Shown here in pieces: positions 28,161 through 36,851 of a DNA stretch of 64,000 nt; the first letter of the stretch is position 1; each line of letters starts with the position of its first letter. The stretch comes from an uncultured Clostridia bacterium (GTDB lineage Bacteria; Bacillota; Clostridia; Christensenellales; UBA1242), in NCBI GenBank assembly GCA_934757855.1, contig CAKVLR010000003.1, forward strand, positions 103,106 to 167,105. The letters run 5' to 3'. The position numbers and the translations under genes were made by a program. The notes under the pieces are model-generated. The model saw nothing but the letters and a program-made list of their open reading frames with translations, did not search any database and had not been told where the DNA came from.

Positions 28161-30571
28161 TATTTGTTCTCGCTTTTGTCTTTTTCCGCTTGCTCTTTTA
28201 GAGGTTTAAGAGGCTGTTGCAAAGCGATTTTTAACACTTCATCAATCGTTTCCACACAGTGAATATTCAGTTTGCTCTTTACCTCCTCAGGTAAATCCCA
28301 CAAGTCGTCTTTGTTGTCAATAGGAATGATACAATCTTTGATACCCACACGACAAGCACCAATTAGTTTGTCGCGCACGCCACCGATAGGAAATACCCTA
28401 CCACTAAGGCTGATTTCACCTGTCATACCCAAATGCTCGCGAACAGGAATACCAGTAAAAGCAGACACCATTGCGGTAGTCATAGTGATACCAGCACTAG
28501 GACCTTCTACACCATTTCCAGCAGATGGAATAGACACATGCACAGCGGTATCTTTGATTTTTTCTGGTGAAATACCCCAGTCTTTTGCACGGCTCTTTAA
28601 CAATGTATAAGCAATTTTTGATGACTCTTTCATCATTTCACCTGGCCTACCAGTGAGCAAAATATCGCCTTTATCTTTGCTGTCACAAAGAGTAGCCTCT
28701 ACAATCATAGTAGTACCAGTGATTTCGCCAAACACAGCGAGTGCAACAACTTGACCTACCTTTCCGCCCTTGTAAATATCAAGCGTACGGTAGCGCTTAT
28801 GTCCCAAAAAGTCTTCGATATTATCTTTATTAATATCTTTATATTTCTCGCCACTAACGGTAAATGTCGCATATTTTCGGCAAATTTCAGCGATTTTACG
28901 CTCTAAACCACGCACCCCGCCCTCAAAAGTAAACTCATTAATAATGATTTTCATCAAATCATCATCAATTTTTACCGTTCCGCTAGGAATACCCGCAAGT
29001 TTTTCTTGCTTAGGTATCAAATAGTTACGCGCAATGTGCATTTTTTCAATTTCAGTATATGGGCGCAGTTGTATAATTTCCATACGGTCGCGCAAAGGTA
29101 ACGGAATACCAGCCAAATCGTTTGCAGTCAAAATAAACATTACTTGACTCAGGTCATATGGCAATTCCAAAAAGTTGTCTTTAAAGTGGTCGTTTTGCGC
29201 TGGGTCAAGCACTTCCAACAACGCACTCGCTGGGTCGCCTCTTGCATCGCTTGTCATTTTGTCGATTTCATCTAACAAAAATACTGGATTTATTGTCCCC
29301 GCTTGCTTCATACCAGCCAAAATCCTACCGCACATTGCCCCTACATAAGTCCTACGGTGACCACGAATAGCACTTTCATCATTCACACCACCAAGACTTA
29401 CTTGTACAAATTTTCTACCCATCGCATTTGCGATAGATTTTGCAATAGAAGTTTTACCAACCCCCGGAGGTCCTACAAGACACAAAATTTGCGCATTTAC
29501 TTTGCCTGTCAATTTAATTACAGCCAAACTCTCTAAAATTCGCTCTTTTACCTCTTGTAAAGCATAATGTTCATCATCAAGTATTTTGCGGGCCTGCTTA
29601 ATGTCGATATTATCCTCAGTTTTTTGCACCCAAGGCAATTCTAGCACTGTTTCAATAAAATTGCGCACATAACCAAGTTCTGGCGAGCCAAAAGGCAATT
29701 TACCTAGCCTATTTACCTCTTTTAACACTTTTTCCTCTAAGTCAGCAGGCATACCGAGTGCTTTTACTTTTTGTGTAAAATCCTCGATTTCATCAACATC
29801 ACCATTTAATTCTTCATTGATTACTTTCAACTGCTCACGCAAGAAAATTTCTTTTTGCGTTTTTGCGATATTTTCATTTACTTTTTCATCAATTTCGTGT
29901 TTTGTTTTTACATTTGTTAGCAAAATAACTGCATTTTTGTACAAAATCTCCAAGCGCTTTTCCACATCAGCAGTTGCTAGCAATTCGCAGTGCATTTCTC
30001 TATTTTCTTTGACAAGGTAATACACAAAACAGTCCCCAAAATCTGCTGGTGACAATTCCTCATCTTCAAGCGCAGCGCGCAACTGATTTGGCATAGAGGT
30101 TTCCAAAGCGATTTCGCGCAATTTTTGGCGCAATGACTCCATTAATTCGTAACTTCTAGGAGAGTCGGCGTTCTGCTCCTCCATAATCTCAGCCGTAACT
30201 TTCATTTCGCCATTTGTAGATACACTGTTGATTGCTACACGCGCATCACCGCTCAAAATTACTCGCATATTTTTACCTTGTGGCATAATGCGTTTAATAC
30301 TGCATAAGCAACCTACATTCAAAAAGTCATCTTGTGTAGGTTCGCTAGTGAAAGTTTTGCTAGTTACTACTACCAACTGCTCCTCTGCATCAAAAGCGTC
30401 TTTGACACTTTTAGCCTCAATTTCATTGTTTATATCACAGGTAATATTTACCCCTGGGATAGCAACTATATTGCTTAAAAAGATAGCGTTAAATACTCTA
30501 CCTTTGGATTTTTTGATTTCAACATTTTGCATAGTTTGTTCTTCATTTAATTTCATTTCTTGCTCTGCCAT
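28160..30571 (-). CDS. lon: ATP-dependent Lon protease (LonA)
   Basis: 803 aa with a LON N-domain, AAA+ Walker A GPPGVGKTS, and the protease motif PSAGITM with the catalytic Ser. Confidence 0.95.
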   Translation of the reverse strand: MAEQEMKLNEEQTMQNVEIKKSKGRVFNAIFLSNIVAIPGVNITCDINNEIEAKSVKDAFDAEEQLVVVTSKTFTSEPTQDDFLNVGCLCSIKRIMPQGKNMRVILSGDARVAINSVSTNGEMKVTAEIMEEQNADSPRSYELMESLRQKLREIALETSMPNQLRAALEDEELSPADFGDCFVYYLVKENREMHCELLATADVEKRLEILYKNAVILLTNVKTKHEIDEKVNENIAKTQKEIFLREQLKVINEELNGDVDEIEDFTQKVKALGMPADLEEKVLKEVNRLGKLPFGSPELGYVRNFIETVLELPWVQKTEDNIDIKQARKILDDEHYALQEVKERILESLAVIKLTGKVNAQILCLVGPPGVGKTSIAKSIANAMGRKFVQVSLGGVNDESAIRGHRRTYVGAMCGRILAGMKQAGTINPVFLLDEIDKMTSDARGDPASALLEVLDPAQNDHFKDNFLELPYDLSQVMFILTANDLAGIPLPLRDRMEIIQLRPYTEIEKMHIARNYLIPKQEKLAGIPSGTVKIDDDLMKIIINEFTFEGGVRGLERKIAEICRKYATFTVSGEKYKDINKDNIEDFLGHKRYRTLDIYKGGKVGQVVALAVFGEITGTTMIVEATLCDSKDKGDILLTGRPGEMMKESSKIAYTLLKSRAKDWGISPEKIKDTAVHVSIPSAGNGVEGPSAGITMTTAMVSAFTGIPVREHLGMTGEISLSGRVFPIGGVRDKLIGACRVGIKDCIIPIDNKDDLWDLPEEVKSKLNIHCVETIDEVLKIALQQPLKPLKEQAEKDKSENK

Positions 30572-30635
30572 TGTTTCACTCTCCTAAAATTCTAGTAAAT
30601 TAAGACATTTTAACATTTTATTATAACTTAAATAA

Positions 30636-30662
30636 ATAAAAAAAGCAACAACTTTGTTACTT
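30636..30662 (-). terminator. Probable terminator after glmS
   Basis: On the minus strand: GTAACAAAGTTGTTGC hairpin (includes G-U pairs) followed by TTTTTTTA. Confidence 0.45.
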
Positions 30663-30705
30663 TTTTGGCTTTTTCGACATTTTTCGCACACGAAATCATT
30701 TAAAA

Positions 30706-32556
30706 CTATTCAACAGTCACTGATTTTGCAAGGTTGCGAGGCTTGTCGGGGTCTAAATTTTTAGAAATTGCTGTTTTATATGCTAAAACTTGCAATGGTT
30801 TCATCACCACAAACGGCGCAAGCAAATTTTCCACCTCAGGTAAAAATATTTGTTTATACACAAAATTTTGCAAACTTTTGAACGGGCTAAACAATATGAC
30901 TTTTGCGCCACGACTATTTAGTTCGTGAATATTGTTTATGGTTTTATCAATTAAATCTCTTTGAGTGAGTATAGCAATTACAACACTATCTTTATGAATC
31001 AAAGCAAGGCTACCGTGTTTCAATTCTCCAGCAGGCAACGCTTCACAGTGAATATATGACACCTCTTTTAGTTTTAATGCACCTTCTAACGCAAGCAAAT
31101 AATCAATACCTCTACCCAAAAAATAAATGCTTTCTTCATTTTTAATTTCTTGCGCGATATTAGAAATTAAAGAGTCGTAATCTCTTTTTTGATACATAAA
31201 CGCAGTATTTTTGACTAAGTCAGTACTAAATTTTATAGGTTTTTGCAAAATCTCAGCCATATATTCAATAAAAGCATAAAGTGAAGCAATTTGTGCTAGA
31301 TAAGCTTTTGTTGAAGCAACAGCAATCTCCACACCAGCACTAGTCGGCACGACATAGTCAACAATCTTTTCCATACGGCTTGCTGGCACATTTGTAAAAG
31401 CAATAGTCGTAGCACCAAAACTTTTTACCAACTCAACACACGACAGCGTATCTGCCGTTTCTCCACTTTGGCTAATAAATAAGCAAATGCTTTTATCATT
31501 GATTATAGGTTGCTTGTATCGAAATTCACTCGCATAATCCAAATCAACTGGAATCGCTAATTGCTGTTCAATTATGTATTTCGCAATCATTCCAGCGTGC
31601 AATGCCGTACCGCACGCGGTGATATGTAGATTGAAATTTTGTTTAAAAATTTGTGATGGAATTTTTTGCAAAATCTTCATTTTCTTAATTCTATCTATTG
31701 TGTCAATTACACTTTGAGCGCCTTGCTCAATTTCCTTTTCCATAAAGTGATTATATTCACCTAGCATCACTTGTTCTACTTGTAGTTTTATGATATCAAA
31801 TTTGATTTTTTTGATTTTGAAATTTTGGTCGTAAACTACTATTTTATTTTTCTCGATATACCCAAACTCGTTATCTTGAATTGCATAAAATTTTTGTACA
31901 TAATTTATCAACGCTGGCGTATCACTAGCCAAAAAATTTTCGCCATTTCCCTTTCCCAAAATCAGCGGGCTTTTATGCTTTGCAAAGAAAATACAATCAT
32001 CAATTCCTTTCACCAAAATACCCAAAGCATATGCGCCCACACATTCGGTCATCACCTCTTTAATTGTGCGTAGTACCTCATTTTTAGTCGGTTTTACAGT
32101 ACTATGCAATGTACTATGCATAGTATTATGCAATGATTTTGCGCATAATTTATGCGATAAATACTGAGAAATCACTTCCGTGTCGGTTTCTGAGTTGAAT
32201 TTCGCCCCTTCTTTAATTAAGTGGCTTTTTATATCCATATAATTTTCAATTATGCCATTATGGACAACTGCCACTAAATGTTTATTATCAACTTGCGGGT
32301 GCGCATTGACCTCGCTCGGTTCACCGTGAGTCGCCCACCTGGTATGACCTATCGCACACGATGCGGGAATAATTTTATTTTTCAAAAATGTAGATAAATT
32401 TTGGAGTTTCCCCACTCGTTTTGCGCAACGCAAATTTTGATTTTCAACATAAGCAATCCCCGCCGAGTCGTACCCTCGATACTCCAACGCTCTTAGACAA
32501 TCAACCACAATCGGTACTGCCAACTTTTCACCCACATAACCTACTATTCCACACAT
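30706..32556 (-). CDS. glmS: Glutamine--fructose-6-phosphate aminotransferase (isomerizing)
   Basis: MCGIVGYVG N-terminal nucleophile, two SIS domains, and a C-terminal ...KPRNLAKSVTVE. AAGGAGG RBS inside the end of murI. Confidence 0.95.
   Translation of the reverse strand: MCGIVGYVGEKLAVPIVVDCLRALEYRGYDSAGIAYVENQNLRCAKRVGKLQNLSTFLKNKIIPASCAIGHTRWATHGEPSEVNAHPQVDNKHLVAVVHNGIIENYMDIKSHLIKEGAKFNSETDTEVISQYLSHKLCAKSLHNTMHSTLHSTVKPTKNEVLRTIKEVMTECVGAYALGILVKGIDDCIFFAKHKSPLILGKGNGENFLASDTPALINYVQKFYAIQDNEFGYIEKNKIVVYDQNFKIKKIKFDIIKLQVEQVMLGEYNHFMEKEIEQGAQSVIDTIDRIKKMKILQKIPSQIFKQNFNLHITACGTALHAGMIAKYIIEQQLAIPVDLDYASEFRYKQPIINDKSICLFISQSGETADTLSCVELVKSFGATTIAFTNVPASRMEKIVDYVVPTSAGVEIAVASTKAYLAQIASLYAFIEYMAEILQKPIKFSTDLVKNTAFMYQKRDYDSLISNIAQEIKNEESIYFLGRGIDYLLALEGALKLKEVSYIHCEALPAGELKHGSLALIHKDSVVIAILTQRDLIDKTINNIHELNSRGAKVILFSPFKSLQNFVYKQIFLPEVENLLAPFVVMKPLQVLAYKTAISKNLDPDKPRNLAKSVTVE
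32099..32158 (-). repeat. In-frame degenerate 12-nt tandem repeat (5 units) inside glmS
   Basis: Plus-strand units GTACTATGCAAT, GTACTATGCATA, GTATTATGCAAT, GATTTTGCGCAT and AATTTATGCGAT. They encode ...LSHKLCAKSLHNTMHSTLHSTV.... Confidence 0.7.
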
Positions 32557-33302
32557 ATTTCACCTCCTTGTTTTTGTAAAATTTTCCACGCTTTTGTTAA
32601 AATTTCTTTTTCACTAAATTGATTTGTATAGACAAAAATTTTACCAGTTTTGCTACTAGTTATAAATTTTTTCGCTTGATTGACTATGCCCAAATTTCCA
32701 TCAATTATATCAACAGAGGTAGGACAAACTTTTTTGAAAATAGGTCGTAAAAATATGTAATGCGTACACCCCAACACTATCGCATCAATTTCACCCAAAA
32801 ATGGATTTAATGTTTTTTCTATACAAGGTCGCAAATTGTCTAAGTCGTCTACATTTTGCTCAATCAGTGTCGCTAGGTTTACGCAAGGTTTGATAATTAC
32901 ATTTTCATTATCTAAAAGGTTTTGTATATTTCTGTTATATTTAATTGTATTTTGTGTTGCTAAAAGTAAGACTTTCTTTTTGTTTTTTTGCAAGGCAACT
33001 TTTATAGCAGGTTCAGCACCTATGATAGGAATATTAAAAATTTTCCTAGCCTGATGAATAGCAGTCGCTGTGAGAGTATTACACGCAAAAATAATCGCCT
33101 GCGGACTATATTTACCTACTATAAATTTTAGATTATTTATACTTTCTTTTCTCAATAACGAAACTGGTTTATTGCCAAACGGCGCGTTCCTTTTGTCTGC
33201 AAAATAAATATAATCGCAATTTTTTATATTTTTTTGTATTGAATAAAGCACCGTCAAGCCACCTACACCGCTATCAACAATTAACACAGGTTTATTTTTC
33301 AT
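32544..33302 (-). CDS. murI: Glutamate racemase
   Basis: IVDSGVGGLTV, catalytic CNT (FACNTLTA) and GCTHY motifs. Confidence 0.9.
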   Translation of the reverse strand: MKNKPVLIVDSGVGGLTVLYSIQKNIKNCDYIYFADKRNAPFGNKPVSLLRKESINNLKFIVGKYSPQAIIFACNTLTATAIHQARKIFNIPIIGAEPAIKVALQKNKKKVLLLATQNTIKYNRNIQNLLDNENVIIKPCVNLATLIEQNVDDLDNLRPCIEKTLNPFLGEIDAIVLGCTHYIFLRPIFKKVCPTSVDIIDGNLGIVNQAKKFITSSKTGKIFVYTNQFSEKEILTKAWKILQKQGGEICVE

Positions 33303-33352
33303 ATAAGTAATGTATGAACTTGTACTCGCTTTGGTAACAAAAATTTGGAGAT

Positions 33353-34156
33353 TTACAAAAAATCTTTGTATCTTTTGGTATGCACTACCTCGTTTATCGC
33401 ACTTGCAATCACTTTTGCGCAGTTTTTTGTGTATATATCAATTTCTTTTGGTGTTACCACAAAATCAGTCAATTCACTCCCTAAATTGCTCGCATTTATC
33501 ATCATAGGCACGCCTATTGAAATTATGTCCGCGCCTAAAAAATTTTTGTTTAATCTTTGATTCTTACTGCCTATGCCCGCCCCTGGTGAAATGCCTGTGT
33601 TGCTAAATTGAAAACTACAACCAATTCTTGCTGGCTCACGCGCGGTAAGTGCATCAATCATAATTACAATATTAGGTCTTACAGTATTTACAGCACCCAA
33701 CACAATATCCGCAGTCGCAAAGCCATTGATACCGCTTACCCCTGGAATTAGCGCGCACAAGTCACCCAAACTCTCGCGCAACTCACTAGGAATATTGTGC
33801 GTGGCAAGTAGATTTTTGACAACCATAGCGCCTAGACTGTCTGCAATTAAAAACGCATTACCTAGCCCAACTACCAAAAATGTAGGCGATTTTATTTTAA
33901 GTTTTGAAATATAATTCTTTAAAATTTCTACAATCTTGCTTGTCACATACCTGCGTGCTAGTTCGTTGGTGCAAAAGATTTTAGACACATTTAAGGTAGT
34001 ATAAACGCCTTGCTCTTTTTGATATTTTTTAGCAAGAAAAGTGGAATTAATGTCTAAAAAATATTCCTTAACGCCATATTTCCCTTTAAAAATTATTTCA
34101 CCCAAAACGCCTGTTTCGCGCGCATCTATGCTTGATTTTACTTTGTTTTCTACCAT
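33353..34156 (-). CDS. gpr: Germination protease GPR (spore endopeptidase, peptidase A25), compact 267-aa form
   Basis: FLVVGLGNAFLIADSLG and GISPGAGIGSKNQRLNKNFLGADIISIGVPMMI resemble the conserved GPR blocks. Divergently adjacent to rpsT, as in Bacillus. AGGAGG RBS. Confidence 0.7.
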   Translation of the reverse strand: MVENKVKSSIDARETGVLGEIIFKGKYGVKEYFLDINSTFLAKKYQKEQGVYTTLNVSKIFCTNELARRYVTSKIVEILKNYISKLKIKSPTFLVVGLGNAFLIADSLGAMVVKNLLATHNIPSELRESLGDLCALIPGVSGINGFATADIVLGAVNTVRPNIVIMIDALTAREPARIGCSFQFSNTGISPGAGIGSKNQRLNKNFLGADIISIGVPMMINASNLGSELTDFVVTPKEIDIYTKNCAKVIASAINEVVHTKRYKDFL

Positions 34157-34266
34157 ATAACCTCCTAATTTTCAATTATTTACAAAAATTTAGTTTATAA
34201 CTCTTGCAAAATAACAAAATTTATGGTATTCTTAATGAGTAACAAAAATTTTTAGGAGATATTAAA

Positions 34267-34542
34267 GTGGCAAACATTAAATCACAGAAAAAAAGAATTG
34301 TAACTAACGAACAATGTCGCATTGCCAACAAGTCTAAAAAATCTCGTATTGCTACTGAAATTCGCAACTTCCGCGAAGCAATAGCAAAAAAGGATTTTGA
34401 AACTGCTGATGCAAAATTAAAGACTATCGTTAGTTTGATTGACCGCGCGCGTTTGGACAATGTTTATCACGACAACACTGCTTCAAGAAAGAAAGCAAAC
34501 CTTGCTCGTGAATTGTACAATGCTAAAAACGAGTCAAAATAA
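34267..34542 (+). CDS. rpsT: 30S ribosomal protein S20 (GTG start)
   Basis: (M)ANIKSQKKRIVTNEQCRIANKSKKS... AGGAG RBS. The promoter is TTGCAA, 17 nt, TATTCT with a TGg extension. Confidence 0.95.
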   Translation: MANIKSQKKRIVTNEQCRIANKSKKSRIATEIRNFREAIAKKDFETADAKLKTIVSLIDRARLDNVYHDNTASRKKANLARELYNAKNESK

Positions 34543-34554
34543 TTAAAAGTTTTT

Positions 34555-34581
34555 AGCCTCCCTATTTGTGGAGGTTTTTTT
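34555..34581 (+). terminator. Intrinsic terminator after rpsT
   Basis: AGCCTCC...GGAGGTT hairpin followed by TTTTTTT. Confidence 0.6.
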
Positions 34582-34604
34582 AAATTAAAATATAGGAGCA
34601 AATT

Positions 34605-35345
34605 ATGAAATTAATATTAAATGCCGATGATTTTGGACTTAGCCCTAGCATAAATAAGGGTATTGTAGATTGTTTTAAAGAGGGGTTGATTTCTAGCACG
34701 ACTATTATGATGAATACACCATATACAGATGAAGCGATACAACTTGCAAAGGAGCATAGTATCAAAAATATAGGTATTCATCTAAATCTTACTTATGGTA
34801 AATCAGTTTTGCCAGCAAGCGAAGTACCTAGTCTAGTAGATGAAAATGGCGTTTTTCACTATGTATGTATGTTGGGTTATTACACGCAATATCTTGATGC
34901 AAAAAAAGAATTGCGTGCGCAAATTGAGAAATTTTTGGCAACTGGACTTACCCCTACTCATCTTGACCACCACCACTATTTTAATGAAATTCCAAATATT
35001 TTGAAAGCATACCTCGAACTTGCAAAAGAATACAATTTGCCTGTTCGCAGTATGGACGACAATGCTCGCTCTCTTGCTCGTGAAATGGGGCTAAAAACAA
35101 CTGATGAATTTAGTTTTGCCTTTCACGGAAATGGCGTAGATATAGGCACTTTCCAAATCTTGAAAAGTTTGTTTTGGAATAGAGATATTAGCCTCGAAAT
35201 CCTGACTCATGTGGGTTATTTAGATGAATACACACGCTCGCAAACCAACTACCTAAAACGCGAAGATGAAATTGCAGTTTTGCGCGAAGCAAAACAAAAA
35301 GGCTATTTTGACAACATAGAATTAGTGGGCTTTGCAGATATATAA
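34605..35345 (+). CDS. ChbG/YdjC family carbohydrate deacetylase
   Basis: MKLILNADDFGLSPSINKGI is the YdjC-family N-terminal motif. HLDHHH metal-binding site. Confidence 0.8.
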   Translation: MKLILNADDFGLSPSINKGIVDCFKEGLISSTTIMMNTPYTDEAIQLAKEHSIKNIGIHLNLTYGKSVLPASEVPSLVDENGVFHYVCMLGYYTQYLDAKKELRAQIEKFLATGLTPTHLDHHHYFNEIPNILKAYLELAKEYNLPVRSMDDNARSLAREMGLKTTDEFSFAFHGNGVDIGTFQILKSLFWNRDISLEILTHVGYLDEYTRSQTNYLKREDEIAVLREAKQKGYFDNIELVGFADI

Positions 35346-35348
35346 GAC

Positions 35349-35380
35349 AAAAACACATCAGCAATATGATGTGTTTTTTC
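35349..35380 (+). terminator. Intrinsic terminator after the ydjC-like gene
   Basis: AAACACATCA/TGATGTGTTT 10-bp stem with a 6-nt loop, followed by a T-run. Confidence 0.65.
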
Positions 35381-35487
35381 TATGAATAAAAATTAATTTT
35401 TCTTTTATACTTTTTGCTCTATTTGGTAAAAATAGAGAGTTAGAGAAAAGAGCAAGGCAAAAGTCTTGCTAAATTTACCAGCAAATG

Positions 35488-35679
35488 TTACGCTTCTTCA
35501 ACTTGTTGTTCGGTAGTTGTGGTAGTAGAAATTGCTGAGTCAACTTGTGCGGTATCGCTAGCAGAATGTAATGGAAATACTATTGCCATTGCGGTAATAA
35601 CCATAGCAAACCCAGCAAGCGCGGTAATTACTCTACTCCAAAACGACTTATTTTTCATAGTGATAACTTGAAAAGGCAT
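35488..35679 (-). CDS. Small membrane-anchored or secreted protein, function unknown
   Basis: 63 aa with one hydrophobic helix and a T/E-rich tail. AGGAGG lies 9 nt before the ATG. Confidence 0.4.
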   Translation of the reverse strand: MPFQVITMKNKSFWSRVITALAGFAMVITAMAIVFPLHSASDTAQVDSAISTTTTTEQQVEEA

Positions 35680-35852
35680 TTTGCTTATCCTCCTAATTGT
35701 TATTATTTTAACAAATTAAAAATTTTTTGACAAACGATTTGAGGGTAATTTTGCAAATTTTTTCAAAAAATCTGCATTTTTTGCATATTTATGCAAAATT
35801 TTTATGGATTTACACAAAAAACGCACTAAGTTTTACACCTAATGCGTTTTTA

Positions 35853-36839
35853 CTATTTATGAAATTTTTTTCGATTGCGTGGATTATTTAAGAGTTTAAA
35901 AGAATTGTACAAATCACTACGGAAATTTGAGTGCATTTTGACTGCTTTTTCAATAGGAGTCACTACAACTTTATCATTGTTTACACCTATTGCTACATTG
36001 AAAATATTTTCATCAATCAACTGTATTGCACTCACACCGTAGCGTATTGCCAACATCCTATCCTTTACAGTTGGGCTACCACCGCGTTGCATATATCCTA
36101 AAATCACCGCTCTACATTCGTGGTTGAAGTCGCGTTCAATCTCTTTTGCGAGAGCAAACACATCATACTGCTTTTCCGCAACCACAAGCGTTGGACTTTG
36201 TACGCCAATATTAAGTTGGTCCTGAATAAATCTATAAATATGCTCGCGGTCTAGCGGGTCCTCAGGTACTGCTACAATTTCCGCTTGACTTGCCATCGCA
36301 CTATAAAGGGCAATATTACCGCCATATCTTCCCATACATTCAACAATATTTATGCGTTCGTTTGCTTGCATAGTTTGGCGAATATTATCAATCATAGCCG
36401 TTGCATTGTTTACGGCGCTATCAAAGCCGATAGACTCTTGCGTAGAATGAACATCGTTGTCGATTGTCGCTGGAATTGCAATGATATTTACCCCTAAATC
36501 CCTCAACGCTTTTGCGCCATTGAAACTACCATTCCCACCTATTACGATTAAAGCCTTTATTTTTAATTTTTTGAGATTTTGCACTGCTTGCTTTTGATAT
36601 TCCAACTCCAAAAATTCTTTGCATCTCGCGGAATAAATAATACTACCGCCGAGATTGAAAATTTGTTTTACATCTTCTTTTGTAATTGTAAAATAATCAT
36701 TGTCCAAAATCCCACGATAAGCACGCCTAAAAGCAATACATTCATAACCGTAATTTTGCGACATTTCTACCACACTTTTTAGACACGCGTTCATACCTGG
36801 CGCATCTCCGCCACTCGTGATTACTCCTATTCTTTCCAT
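35853..36839 (-). CDS. pfkA: ATP-dependent 6-phosphofructokinase
   Basis: MERIGVITSGGDAPGMNA, PATIDND and MGR motifs. Confidence 0.9.
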   Translation of the reverse strand: MERIGVITSGGDAPGMNACLKSVVEMSQNYGYECIAFRRAYRGILDNDYFTITKEDVKQIFNLGGSIIYSARCKEFLELEYQKQAVQNLKKLKIKALIVIGGNGSFNGAKALRDLGVNIIAIPATIDNDVHSTQESIGFDSAVNNATAMIDNIRQTMQANERINIVECMGRYGGNIALYSAMASQAEIVAVPEDPLDREHIYRFIQDQLNIGVQSPTLVVAEKQYDVFALAKEIERDFNHECRAVILGYMQRGGSPTVKDRMLAIRYGVSAIQLIDENIFNVAIGVNNDKVVVTPIEKAVKMHSNFRSDLYNSFKLLNNPRNRKKFHK

Positions 36840-36851
36840 TCTTGTTTCCTT

